Below are positions 55,332 through 64,000 of a stretch of 64,000 bases of DNA, piece after piece. Positions within the stretch are counted from its first letter, which is position 1, and each line of letters begins with the position of its first letter. Location of the stretch: the NCBI GenBank assembly GCA_001303415.1, contig LJTN01000004.1, forward strand, positions 6,067 to 70,066, read 5' to 3'. The DNA comes from Myxococcales bacterium SG8_38. Its GTDB lineage: Bacteria > Myxococcota_A > Polyangia > Polyangiales > Houyiibacteriaceae. The notes under the pieces are model-generated. The model did no database searches, was not told the origin of the DNA, and saw nothing but the letters and a program-made list of their open reading frames with translations. The position numbers were made by a program, and so were the translations under genes.

Positions 55332-56333
55332 ATGTATCGTCGTTTTGTACCAATTTCGCTACTCCTGGCCGCAGCCATCGCGCTCCCGGGCACCACCACG
55401 ACCACCAAAGCCGAAGAGGCGTATACGCTCCGGATAGCCTCCCTGGCCCCGGCGGGTTCGTCGTGGATGAAAGTCCTCAACGCGTGGAACACCACGCTGC
55501 AGGAAAAGACCAACGGGAAGCTCAAGCTGCGCTTCTATCCCGGCGGCTCGCAAGGCGACGAACGGGACTTCGTCCGCAAGATGCGGGTGGGGCAGCTCGA
55601 CGGAGGCGTGGTCACCATGACCGGCATGAGCATGCTCGTCCCGGCGATGAACGTTCTCGTGTTGCCAGGCTTCCTCGACACCTATGAAGAGCTCGACCGC
55701 GTGAGAGAAAGGATGGCCGACAAGTTCGAAGGGATGTTCGAGCAGGAAGGCTTCAAGCTCGTGGGCTGGGGTGATGCAGGCAAGACGCGGCTCTTCTCCG
55801 TGCAGCCGATCAAGTCGCCGTCGGACATCAAGTCGATGCGCCCATGGGTGTGGAAGGACGATCCGATCTTCATCGAATTCTATCACGTCATCGGCGCGAG
55901 CGCGGTCAGGCTGGGCGTGCCGGAAGTCTATCCAGCGCTCCAAACGCGAATGGTAGACGTCATCTCCTCATCGGCGCTCACCGCGGTCGCGTTGCAGTGG
56001 TACACGCGAGTTGGCTACATGACTGCCCACAACTCGGCCATCATCGCGGGTGGCACGATGATGCGCAAAGACAAGTTCGACGAGCTCCCCCCGGAGCTGC
56101 AAGAAGCTTTTCAAAGCACGGCGGATCGCGCGCACGAGCTGCTCAACAAGACGATCCGACAGGACGATCAGAAAGCATACGAGGTGGTCGTGAAGAAGGG
56201 CATCGTCCCAGTGGAAGCCGGCGATGCAAAGCCCGAATGGGATGCCGCAGACAAGAAGGTGCGCGACAACCTGACCGGCCGAATGTTTTCGAAGAGCTTG
56301 GTAGAAGCGGTGGCCGAGGCGGCCAAACCGTAG
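55332..56333 (+). CDS. TRAP-transporter DctP-family periplasmic solute-binding protein (orphan)
   Basis: Signal peptide and DctP-like fold pattern. No DctQ or DctM genes are adjacent. Confidence 0.7.
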   Translation: MYRRFVPISLLLAAAIALPGTTTTTKAEEAYTLRIASLAPAGSSWMKVLNAWNTTLQEKTNGKLKLRFYPGGSQGDERDFVRKMRVGQLDGGVVTMTGMSMLVPAMNVLVLPGFLDTYEELDRVRERMADKFEGMFEQEGFKLVGWGDAGKTRLFSVQPIKSPSDIKSMRPWVWKDDPIFIEFYHVIGASAVRLGVPEVYPALQTRMVDVISSSALTAVALQWYTRVGYMTAHNSAIIAGGTMMRKDKFDELPPELQEAFQSTADRAHELLNKTIRQDDQKAYEVVVKKGIVPVEAGDAKPEWDAADKKVRDNLTGRMFSKSLVEAVAEAAKP

Positions 56334-56379
56334 CGATCCCCGCCCAGGCCCCGCCGGGGGCGCGGGTCGAGCAGCCTTC

Positions 56380-57462
56380 ATGAAAGACGCCGAGCACGTC
56401 GAAGTCGAGACGAACGGTATTCGCATGCACGCAGTCCTTCGAGGCGAAGGGCCCCCCGTGCTTCTCTGCCACGGGTTCCCCGGGCTTTGGTCCTCTTGGC
56501 GCCATCAGCTGCCGGTCATCGCCGCCGCGGGGTTCCGTGCCATCGCCGTCGACATGCGGGGCTATGGCCGAACCGATCGGCCTTTGGAAGCGAGCGCGTA
56601 CGGGAACCAGACGATCGTCGCGGACTTGGTTGGGCTTCTCGACGCCCTGGGCGAGGAACAAGCGGTGGTCGTCGGACACGATTTCGGGGCGCAAGCTGCC
56701 TGGGCCGCCGCCCTGCACGCGCCCAGCCGTGTTCGCGGCGTCGTATCGATTGCCGTTCCTTATGGGGTCGGCTTTGCACGGGACGATGAAACGACCCCAT
56801 CAACGAGGACGAAGCCCGACGCCGCACGAGCGCGCGGCAGGAGACCGAGCGACACGTATGCGACCATTGCGAAGCGTCACTTTCTCCACCTGCATTACTT
56901 CCAACAGGTGGGCCTTGCGGAAGCGGAGCTTGGGGCCAATCCCCGGCTGTTTCTAAAGCGCATCTACTGGGCGCTGAGCGCCCGCGGAAGCTTGCTCGAC
57001 TTCAAGCGCTTTCCTTCGGAAGGCACCGGCTACCTCGACGTCTTGGCCGATCCGAAGGAGCCCATGCCTTGGCCTTGGCTCAGCAACGAAGACCTCGACT
57101 ACCTGGTTGCCGAGTACCTACGGACCGGGCCCGACACTGCATTCATCGGCGGCCTCAATGCCTATCGCGCAATGGATCTGAACTGGGAACGCGATGCGGA
57201 ATACGGCCGGGCGACGATCCATTGTCCCGCCCTCTTCCTATGCGGTGAGAAAGATCCCGTTCTCGAGATCATCACCGCCAAGTCTTTGGCCACCATGCCG
57301 GCGCGGGTGCCGAACCTTCGGGGCATCGAGATCATCGAAGGGGCGGGCCATTTCGCGCAACAGGAACGGCCCACCGCCGTGAACCGAGCTCTGATCGCCT
57401 TCCTCAATCAGACCGTGGCGCCGGTGTCAGGCTCGGAACCCGGCGGCGAGGTTGCTGGATAG
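56380..57462 (+). CDS. alpha/beta-hydrolase, epoxide hydrolase-like
   Basis: HGFPGLWSSWRHQ oxyanion region and Asp-nucleophile elbow VVGHDFGA. Confidence 0.8.
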   Translation: MKDAEHVEVETNGIRMHAVLRGEGPPVLLCHGFPGLWSSWRHQLPVIAAAGFRAIAVDMRGYGRTDRPLEASAYGNQTIVADLVGLLDALGEEQAVVVGHDFGAQAAWAAALHAPSRVRGVVSIAVPYGVGFARDDETTPSTRTKPDAARARGRRPSDTYATIAKRHFLHLHYFQQVGLAEAELGANPRLFLKRIYWALSARGSLLDFKRFPSEGTGYLDVLADPKEPMPWPWLSNEDLDYLVAEYLRTGPDTAFIGGLNAYRAMDLNWERDAEYGRATIHCPALFLCGEKDPVLEIITAKSLATMPARVPNLRGIEIIEGAGHFAQQERPTAVNRALIAFLNQTVAPVSGSEPGGEVAG

Positions 57463-59046
57463 CTTGTAGACGAGGCCGTAGATGGAGAGTTGAGGATTCG
57501 CCCCGATGCTGGTGGGGAACAACGAGCCGTCCATGACGTAGAGGTTGTCCCAATGACGGAACTTGCCGTCGCAATCCGTCACGCTTCGGGCTTCGTCATC
57601 TCCCATCGGACATCCGCCCATGACGTGGGCGCTGCCTACCGTGACCTTGTGCGGAACGATCTCGAGGGCCGCCATCGCTTCTTTGGCTTCTTTCCACGAA
57701 GTGTAGTGCCTTGCTTGCTTGTGCGCGGGACGCACGGACTTGGCTCCGGTGACGAACTGCATTTCGACCATGACCTTCCAGGCGCGTTTCACACCTTCGA
57801 GCAGGTAGTCATCGAGCGGGTAATCGAGCAGCGGCCTGCCCCGATCGTCGATCTCCACCGTCCCACCCTGACTCTGCTCGTGAAAGCCATCTCGCAGAAG
57901 CGCGATCATGCACTGGGTCTTGTTTAGCTGGTCCATGCTTCGGGTGAGCTCCTCGCCCGCTGCGCTGTAGAAGCCGGCGGCGAAAGCTGGCTGAAGTGGC
58001 GGCACCTCCAACTTGAAGTTGATCGGCCCAGTGTGAACGCCCTGCCATTGGAAATGATCGGAGTAGATCGACTGGGGGGCGCCATAGAAAGGATCGATCG
58101 CTTCGTCGTAGATCGCCATCGTCAGCGTCGTCGGATGCAGGAACGTCCTCTTGCCGATCCGCCCGTGGGGATCGGGAGCACCGGAACGAAGCAAAATGGC
58201 GGGCGTGTTGATCGCGCCTCCCGCCAATACGGTTTTCGTAGCGCGAATCGTGATCCGTTGACCTGTCGTGCTCCTCACGTTTGGAGTGAGGGCTTCGGCT
58301 TCCACTCCGACGACCGCGTCCCCCTCGCGCAGAATGCGGACGACGCGGGCGTGGTGCACCAGCTTGGCTTTGTTGTTCAACGCGGCGGGAATGGTCGTCG
58401 TGAGCATGGATTGCTTTGCATCGACGGGGCACCCGAGCCCGCAGTAGCCGAGATTCAAGCAGCCACGGACGTTGCGGTGAATCTTTGCCCATGAGTATCC
58501 GAGCTTCTCGGCAGCGCGCTGCAACATGGCGTTGTTCGGGTTGGGCGCTTCCGGCCATTCGTGGATGTTCAGCCGATTCTCCATGTGCTCGAAGAACGGC
58601 TCCATCTCTTCGACCGAGCATCCACTGACGCCCATGTGCTCTGCCCAGAACTTCAAGGTTTCCGGGGGCGTCCGAAAGCTCGTCGTCCAGTTGACGGTGG
58701 TCGAGCCTCCCACGGAGCGGCCCTGGAGGATCACCATGCCGCCATCCTTGGTCCCGCGGCCCGTCCCCTCTTGATAGAGGTCACGGTACGCCGCTCGCTC
58801 TTGCATGTCGAACTTGGACGATGTCTTGAGAGGCCCGGCTTCGAGGAGCACCACGCTGAGGCCCGTTGCGCTCAGGGTCTCTGCGGCAGTGCCACCGCCG
58901 GCGCCCGTTCCTACGATGACGACGTCGGCCTCGAGCTCGAGCGGTGAGCTGAGCGCGCTCGCATCGGTGATGCTCCAGCCGCGGGCAGCGGCGTCGTTGT
59001 ATGGATCGGTGCTACTGCCCAGCGTGATGGTCGAAAGGTCCGTCAC
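57427..59046 (-). CDS. GMC-family FAD oxidoreductase
   Basis: VVIVGTGAGGGTAAE Rossmann motif and the GMC C-terminal HVMGGCPMG...GANPQLSIYG. GTG 59046 sits behind GGAGGAG and overlaps the upstream stop (GTGA). Confidence 0.85.
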   Translation of the reverse strand: MTDLSTITLGSSTDPYNDAAARGWSITDASALSSPLELEADVVIVGTGAGGGTAAETLSATGLSVVLLEAGPLKTSSKFDMQERAAYRDLYQEGTGRGTKDGGMVILQGRSVGGSTTVNWTTSFRTPPETLKFWAEHMGVSGCSVEEMEPFFEHMENRLNIHEWPEAPNPNNAMLQRAAEKLGYSWAKIHRNVRGCLNLGYCGLGCPVDAKQSMLTTTIPAALNNKAKLVHHARVVRILREGDAVVGVEAEALTPNVRSTTGQRITIRATKTVLAGGAINTPAILLRSGAPDPHGRIGKRTFLHPTTLTMAIYDEAIDPFYGAPQSIYSDHFQWQGVHTGPINFKLEVPPLQPAFAAGFYSAAGEELTRSMDQLNKTQCMIALLRDGFHEQSQGGTVEIDDRGRPLLDYPLDDYLLEGVKRAWKVMVEMQFVTGAKSVRPAHKQARHYTSWKEAKEAMAALEIVPHKVTVGSAHVMGGCPMGDDEARSVTDCDGKFRHWDNLYVMDGSLFPTSIGANPQLSIYGLVYKLSSNLAAGFRA

Positions 59047-59609
59047 GGCGCCACTCCTCCGATTGGCCCTGCGGAAGGCCTGGTGTCCGCTACCTTCTTT
59101 GGCGGGCCCGGATACCCGGCCGTCGCAGCGTTCTCCGGAATGAGATACCAAGCGCTCACGATGAGCCGAATCATGGCGGCATAGATGGCGTTGAGCAGCC
59201 CGATTCTGCTGTCGCGCAGCCGGCCGAGCGCGCTCTCGGCATCCTCTAGCGAGGCTTTCGACCAGGAAGCCCACTGCCCAGTCGTCAGCGCCCGAGTTGG
59301 GCCGAAGCTCAACACGTCAAACGCCTGCTGAACACCCTCGATGACCAGATCCGACAGGTCATCCATGAGCGTGTCGAACGATTCCAGGGTTTGGTCGATG
59401 GCGGCCGAGTCGTCTGGCGTGATCTTACCCTTCATCACCGCCGGGATGAGGGCCCGCAGCAGCTCGACGTCCTCGGGCCGCAGGACTTTCATGCCGGTCG
59501 CAGGGGCGCCAGAGGTGCAGCCAGAAAGCGTCGCGCCGGTGCTCATCGCGGAAAGCGCTGCGGCCCCGGCAGCAGACAACTTGAGAAAACTACGTCGGTC
59601 GTTTCGCAT
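59043..59609 (-). CDS. Tat-signal small subunit (gluconate 2-dehydrogenase subunit-3-like)
   Basis: Twin-arginine motif MRNDRRSFLKLSAAGAAAL and size of 188 aa. It is translationally coupled to the GMC gene. Confidence 0.6.
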   Translation of the reverse strand: MRNDRRSFLKLSAAGAAALSAMSTGATLSGCTSGAPATGMKVLRPEDVELLRALIPAVMKGKITPDDSAAIDQTLESFDTLMDDLSDLVIEGVQQAFDVLSFGPTRALTTGQWASWSKASLEDAESALGRLRDSRIGLLNAIYAAMIRLIVSAWYLIPENAATAGYPGPPKKVADTRPSAGPIGGVAP

Positions 59610-59662
59610 CAGGCTTTGAGGATCTCCAAAAAAGCAGAAAGCGTCCAGCACAAACAGGCGAG

Positions 59663-60394
59663 TCAGCCGTGAGGGCTTCGAATGAAATACTCGCTCATCG
59701 TTACGCTGGTGATCTTCCAGATGGGAAGGAAGGCAGCGACGCTTTGCGCCATGACGGCCATGTTCTTGATGAGCTCTAGCCGGTTGCGCGCGCCATAGAA
59801 AACGAAAGGGTCCGTGACGTGCGTCGCCGACGGCCAGGATTCTTCTACGATTCCTTCGTATGGGACGGCCCCGGGCGTCAACACCTCTTCCACCACGTTG
59901 CGAACGTAGCGGCTTCTCGGTTGCATGGCCTCGGACATCGGGCCCTGTCGATTGAACCAATGCTTCATCCAGCGATCCTTGGGGATACGCCTGGGACGCT
60001 CTAGAGGAGTCACGGAGACGATAACGGGCGAACGCTCGCCGTCGGGCCAGTCTCGATGCTTCCCGTGACGATTCCCGCCGTAGTCAGTGTAGAGATGCTC
60101 GGTCACCCGGTAGCCGGCAATGTCGAAATCCGCATCGAGCAACACCGACTCAAGCACGCCTCGACGTCCGAGATCTTCGACCCACATACTCACCTCGGCA
60201 ACGAATGGATCGGTGAGCCTCGTCGTTGGTGTCGGCGAAGGGACATCGGCATGATCGTCGTCGATGTTGATCGTCAGGTATGTCGCGCCTGCCTCGAGCA
60301 GCCGAGGGGCACACTTCTCGAGCAGGTTGATGCGTCGCTCCTCGCGTTCCATCGGACGCCGCGGCCAGAGCAGATAGATCAGCTTGATCATCAT
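59663..60394 (-). CDS. hypothetical protein (possible EthD-like alpha/beta-barrel N-terminus)
   Basis: The N-terminal MIKLIYLLWPR pattern recalls EthD-type domains. The ATG overlaps the 3beta-HSD stop (ATGA). Confidence 0.5.
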   Translation of the reverse strand: MMIKLIYLLWPRRPMEREERRINLLEKCAPRLLEAGATYLTINIDDDHADVPSPTPTTRLTDPFVAEVSMWVEDLGRRGVLESVLLDADFDIAGYRVTEHLYTDYGGNRHGKHRDWPDGERSPVIVSVTPLERPRRIPKDRWMKHWFNRQGPMSEAMQPRSRYVRNVVEEVLTPGAVPYEGIVEESWPSATHVTDPFVFYGARNRLELIKNMAVMAQSVAAFLPIWKITSVTMSEYFIRSPHG

Positions 60395-61452
60395 GCGGAC
60401 CTCAGGCGGTCGTGCGTGGCCCGGAATTCGTCCATGAGCTCGGGCAGACCTCGGGCGGCGCTCGTTCGCGGAGCATAACCGAGGTGTGCGCGGGCCTTGT
60501 CGATCCTGAACGACGCGTCCTGCGTGACGGCCAGGACGCCGCGGCGAGTGAGCATCGGATCTGGACCTCCGAGGTAGTGGATGAGCTCGCCGACGTACGC
60601 AATCGCATAGGCCAGGGGACGCGGAATGTGCATCTTGGGCCAGGAATATCCGAGACCCTCGACGATCGGGCGGTACCAGGTGACGGGGTTGGTCGGCTCG
60701 TCGTCGCTCACGAAGTACGCTTGGCCACCCACGCGCTCGGGCTCGTCGGTCAGCTTCTGGGCCACCAGAAAATGGGCATCCACCACCGAGTCGACGTGCA
60801 CGTTGTCGGTGACCGAACGCCCGTCGCCGATCATGGCTTTGAACTGTCCGGCGGCGAGGTGCTCGATGAAATCCTGTACGACGATGGCGCCTTCTCCCGG
60901 TCCCCAGACGCCGCCGGGCCGGATGGCCGCGGTCCGAAGGCCATTGGGGTCGTCCGCTTCCAATACGAGCTTTTCGGCCAAGCTCTTGGTCTGCGAATAG
61001 AGATCGGGAAGGCCGTTGGCGCCGACGTAAGGAGCCGTTTCATCGCCTCCTCGGATCGGCCCGTCGACGGCGACCGTAATCGAGCTGGTAAAAATCAGCT
61101 TCTTGACCCCTGCTTCGCGGCACGCGCGAATCACGCACTCGGTCCCCAAGACGTTGACGCCGTATACCTGTCGGCGAACGCTGGGGCGGGCGAGGGTCAG
61201 GGTGTTGATGATGGCGGCCGTGTGAAACACGGTATCCACGCCTTTGCAGGCGGGTCCCACGTCGCTCATCCGGCGAATGTCACCCACGATGCTGCTCACC
61301 CGCGGGTCGCCCTCGAAAGGCGCCAAATCGAGCGCCCGCACCTGGCAGCCCAGATCCAACAACCGGCGCACCAAGTGTCTTCCAACGTAGCCGTTTCCAC
61401 CGGTCACCAAGCATACGGGACCGACGCCATTGGGATCGACAGCTAGCTCCAT
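60391..61452 (-). CDS. 3-beta-hydroxysteroid dehydrogenase/isomerase-family NAD(P)-dependent oxidoreductase
   Basis: VTGGNGYVGRHL and YSQTKSLAEK (YxxxK) motifs. The start is ATG 61452 or ATG 61479. Confidence 0.8.
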   Translation of the reverse strand: MELAVDPNGVGPVCLVTGGNGYVGRHLVRRLLDLGCQVRALDLAPFEGDPRVSSIVGDIRRMSDVGPACKGVDTVFHTAAIINTLTLARPSVRRQVYGVNVLGTECVIRACREAGVKKLIFTSSITVAVDGPIRGGDETAPYVGANGLPDLYSQTKSLAEKLVLEADDPNGLRTAAIRPGGVWGPGEGAIVVQDFIEHLAAGQFKAMIGDGRSVTDNVHVDSVVDAHFLVAQKLTDEPERVGGQAYFVSDDEPTNPVTWYRPIVEGLGYSWPKMHIPRPLAYAIAYVGELIHYLGGPDPMLTRRGVLAVTQDASFRIDKARAHLGYAPRTSAARGLPELMDEFRATHDRLRSA

Positions 61453-61498
61453 CAGTCGCTGCGGAGATTGACCCGCCATGCTAGCTTGCGCAATCCAG

Positions 61499-63142
61499 AT
61501 GTTCACCCTGACGCCACTCGTAATCGAAGACGTGGAAGGCGCTGAGTGGGACGGCCATACGGACCTCGTGGTAGTGGGGCTCGGCGCCGCCGGCATCACC
61601 GCGGCGATTGAAGCGCGAGAGCGGGGAGCGGACGTCGTCGTGCTGGAGCGCTTCGAAGGTGGAGGTGCAACCGCGATTAGCGGAGGCGTCTTCTACGCTG
61701 GCGGCGGCACGCACATACAACGAGAGGCAGGCGTCGAGGACACGGTGGAAAACATGTACCGCTACCTGTCCCTGGAGGTGCAAGACGCGGTTTCAGATCG
61801 CACGCTGCGCGACTTCTGCGAGACGAGCCCAGAAAACGTGCGGTGGCTGACCGACCGTGGCGTCCCGTTCTTTGGTACCTTGTGCCCCGTCAAGACCTCG
61901 TATCCGACGAACGAGTACCACCTCTACTACTCGGGAAACGAGACCTTTCCTCCGTACCGCGACCATGCGGTTCCAGCGCCACGCGGTCATCGAACCGACG
62001 GAGGCGCCTTTCCGGGAGCCAACATCGTGGAGCCGCTTCGCGCCTGGGCCCACGCAAAAGGAGTTCATTTCGAGCTGCAAGCCCCCGTCAGCCGTCTCAT
62101 CGTCGACCGAACGGGTGGTGTCGTCGGTGCGGAGTACCGAGCCATCTCCGGTGGCGTTTGGCGGGAGATGCATCGCTGGCTGCATCGCTTGGAGACGTCC
62201 ATCGCGAAGATGGCGCCGGTGATTGCGTCTCGGCTGCGGCGGCGCTGCGATGAGATCGAAGAGAAGCATTCGGTGCCCAAGCGCATTCACTGTCGCCGGG
62301 GAGTGGTGCTCTGTGCGGGTGGCTTCGTGTTCAATCGGGAGATGGTGGCGCAGCACGTGCCGGAGTTCATCCCCGGGCTTGCCCTCGGGACGGCAGGAGA
62401 TGACGGGCTTGGAATTCGGCTGGGACAGAGCGTGGGGGGTAAAGTCGATCAGATGCACCGGGCTTCGGCTTGGCGCTTCTTGTATCCACCCAACGCCTTT
62501 GCAGAAGGCATGCTGATCAACGGAAAGGGTAAACGCTTTGCCAACGAGCTCTGGTACGGCGCGAAGATCGGCGAGGCCATGGTCGAGCACAACCAGGGTA
62601 TCGCAACGCTGATCATCGACGAGCATCTTCGGAAGCTAGCGCTCGATCAATCGAAGCCGGGCCGGCTTCAGTGGTTTCAACGAGGCGTTGCGCTCATGAA
62701 CCTCTACTTCAACTGCAAGAAAGCCAAGGACGTCGCCTCGCTCGCCAAAATGCTCCACGTGCCCCACGACCAGCTACGAAGGACGCTCGAAGAGTACAAC
62801 GCGGCGGCAGAAGGACGGACCACCGACCCTTTCGGCAAGGACCGCGGGAGCATGCACCCGATGCGGGAGGGCCCCTTTTACGCCATCGATTGCTCTCTCG
62901 GATCGAAGCGCCACCTATGCGCCGTCATGACACTCGGAGGGCTCGCGGTAAACGAAGAGACCGGTCAGGTGCTGAGCGAGCAAGGCGGTGTGGTGCCGGG
63001 ACTGTATGCGGCGGGAAGAAACGCAGTAGGCGTCTGCTCCCGCCAATACGTCAGCGGTTTGTCGATTGCGGACTGCGTCTACTCGGCATTGCGGGCGGCC
63101 CGCCACGCCACTCCAAACGCACAGATCCTCAACAGCCGGTGA
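61499..63142 (+). CDS. FAD-binding dehydrogenase of the fumarate reductase / 3-ketosteroid dehydrogenase (KstD-like) family
   Basis: DLVVVGLGAAGITAAIEA..GADVVVLER..GGGATAISGG matches the KstD/FrdA N-terminal pattern. The start is ATG 61478 or ATG 61499. Confidence 0.7.
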   Translation: MFTLTPLVIEDVEGAEWDGHTDLVVVGLGAAGITAAIEARERGADVVVLERFEGGGATAISGGVFYAGGGTHIQREAGVEDTVENMYRYLSLEVQDAVSDRTLRDFCETSPENVRWLTDRGVPFFGTLCPVKTSYPTNEYHLYYSGNETFPPYRDHAVPAPRGHRTDGGAFPGANIVEPLRAWAHAKGVHFELQAPVSRLIVDRTGGVVGAEYRAISGGVWREMHRWLHRLETSIAKMAPVIASRLRRRCDEIEEKHSVPKRIHCRRGVVLCAGGFVFNREMVAQHVPEFIPGLALGTAGDDGLGIRLGQSVGGKVDQMHRASAWRFLYPPNAFAEGMLINGKGKRFANELWYGAKIGEAMVEHNQGIATLIIDEHLRKLALDQSKPGRLQWFQRGVALMNLYFNCKKAKDVASLAKMLHVPHDQLRRTLEEYNAAAEGRTTDPFGKDRGSMHPMREGPFYAIDCSLGSKRHLCAVMTLGGLAVNEETGQVLSEQGGVVPGLYAAGRNAVGVCSRQYVSGLSIADCVYSALRAARHATPNAQILNSR

Positions 63143-64000
63143 CCTGGAGAATGCCGGAGTCGGTATCGTAGGTGGCTTCGAAGGTACCGGTCGATTCGTC
63201 GTAGGACCAGTCGTCCTCCGAGAGCGGGACGCCGTCGAGAGACGCACCGCATACGTCGAAGGGCTGATTCAGAGCACGCATCGAGGCTTCGAGGTGAATG
63301 GTGCGTTGCCTTGCGTTGTGCAAGGTTAGGCTCCAGGCGCCCTCGCCTTCCACGCTGCTCCACTGCCCGTCCGCATAGAGCTTGCCTGATGTCTCCCCGC
63401 GCGGGAACGCCAACACGTGAAGGCGATCGTCGCGATCGGAGGCATGTACGATCGTGGGGTCATCGCCGTACTCGGCCAGGGTGAACACGTCGGGCCAGAG
63501 CATCGGAATCACGGCGCCCGCCTCGATGAACATGGGAATCTCCGGGAGGGGCGCCGAGACCGTGAGCGGCGCGCCGCCCTCATGGAGCGTCGGTGCGGCC
63601 ATGCTGAAGGTGCCACCCTCCTCTCCGTAGACCACCGAACGCCACCACTCGACCCAGGTGCCTTCGGGCAAGTAGAGCTCCCGCTCCACCGCGCCCTCCA
63701 CGTATACGGGGGCAACCAGAATGCTCGGACCGAACATGTATTGATCGTCGCGGGCAGTGGCTTGCGCATCGCTCGGGTGCGCCAGCACGTGATGCTGCAT
63801 GATCGGCCTTCCTGTCGCGTAGTAGTCCTCGGCGGCCGCCTGAACGTACGGGTAGAGCTGCGTATGGAGCTTCGAGTACAAGCGCCAAACGGGTCGATGC
63901 GCCTCGTCCCACGGTTGAGGGCGATCGTATTCGGGCAGCTGCACCCCGTTCTTCTGACTTCGCATCACCACGGAAAGGCCGCCATAGGCGATCCAGCGGT
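63129..64000 (-). CDS. glycoside hydrolase family 31 protein, C-terminal part (5' end beyond window)
   Basis: MFGPSILVAPVY...ELYLPEGTWVEWW is typical of the GH31 distal region. The frame stays open to base 64000. Confidence 0.7.
   Translation of the reverse strand, partial: RWIAYGGLSVVMRSQKNGVQLPEYDRPQPWDEAHRPVWRLYSKLHTQLYPYVQAAAEDYYATGRPIMQHHVLAHPSDAQATARDDQYMFGPSILVAPVYVEGAVERELYLPEGTWVEWWRSVVYGEEGGTFSMAAPTLHEGGAPLTVSAPLPEIPMFIEAGAVIPMLWPDVFTLAEYGDDPTIVHASDRDDRLHVLAFPRGETSGKLYADGQWSSVEGEGAWSLTLHNARQRTIHLEASMRALNQPFDVCGASLDGVPLSEDDWSYDESTGTFEATYDTDSGILQVTGC

Overview
GC-rich, gene-dense chromosomal segment with about 60 protein-coding genes. I saw no rRNA, tRNA, CRISPR array, transposase or integrase. 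All family calls come from motifs I can read in the supplied translations and from recalled family signatures; no database search was run.

The gene content suggests a Myxococcota-type genome (inference only). It includes a Hanks-type Ser/Thr kinase with a PP2C phosphatase, an NtrC-family sigma-54 activator, a SET-domain protein, an AGPS-like ether-lipid enzyme, a TMEM97/EXPERA-like protein, 3beta-HSD and KstD-like genes, and many SDRs.

Recognisable blocks, in order:
- 1941-4913: MscS-like gene, MgtE-N/CBS gene and mgtE.
- 4959-12578: housekeeping genes (aminotransferase, LuxR-type regulator, NDH-2, DUF924, GNAT-nitrilase fusion, greB).
- 12659-16742: AGPS-like gene, SDRs and an EXPERA-like lipid gene.
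- 16750-24005: acyl-CoA dehydrogenases, MerR regulator, BKACE, scoAB and atoE.
- 24320-27863 and 34801-37122: two ATP-grasp plus AstE-like deacylase clusters.
- 27939-32630: a SET, PP2C, kinase and sigma-54 activator module with small ORFs.
- 32652-38318: trkHA and corA.
- 38366-43360: GFA, GDPD, amidase, SDR, CDP-alcohol phosphatidyltransferase and ADC-like genes.
- 43391-46412: arsR-acr3-SDR operon and arsC.
- 46684-53504: Cus/Czc-type RND efflux operon with accessory metal-binding proteins.
- 53518-64000: lipid and steroid-type genes (WS/DGAT, epoxide hydrolase, GMC oxidoreductase with a Tat subunit, 3beta-HSD, KstD-like) and a partial GH31.

Many operons are translationally coupled through ATGA or GTGA overlaps.

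The most interesting signal is at 27.9-32.6 kb. A Ser/Thr kinase and PP2C pair lies divergent from a sigma-54 activator whose receiver domain has lost its phospho-acceptor Asp. Beside it is an intergenic region with two divergent, correctly spaced -24/-12 promoters flanking GTGCA-N5-TGCA palindromes. These promoters drive two unannotatable small ORFs, one of them a hyper-acidic Trp-rich protein. The same palindrome type recurs upstream of the SET-domain gene.
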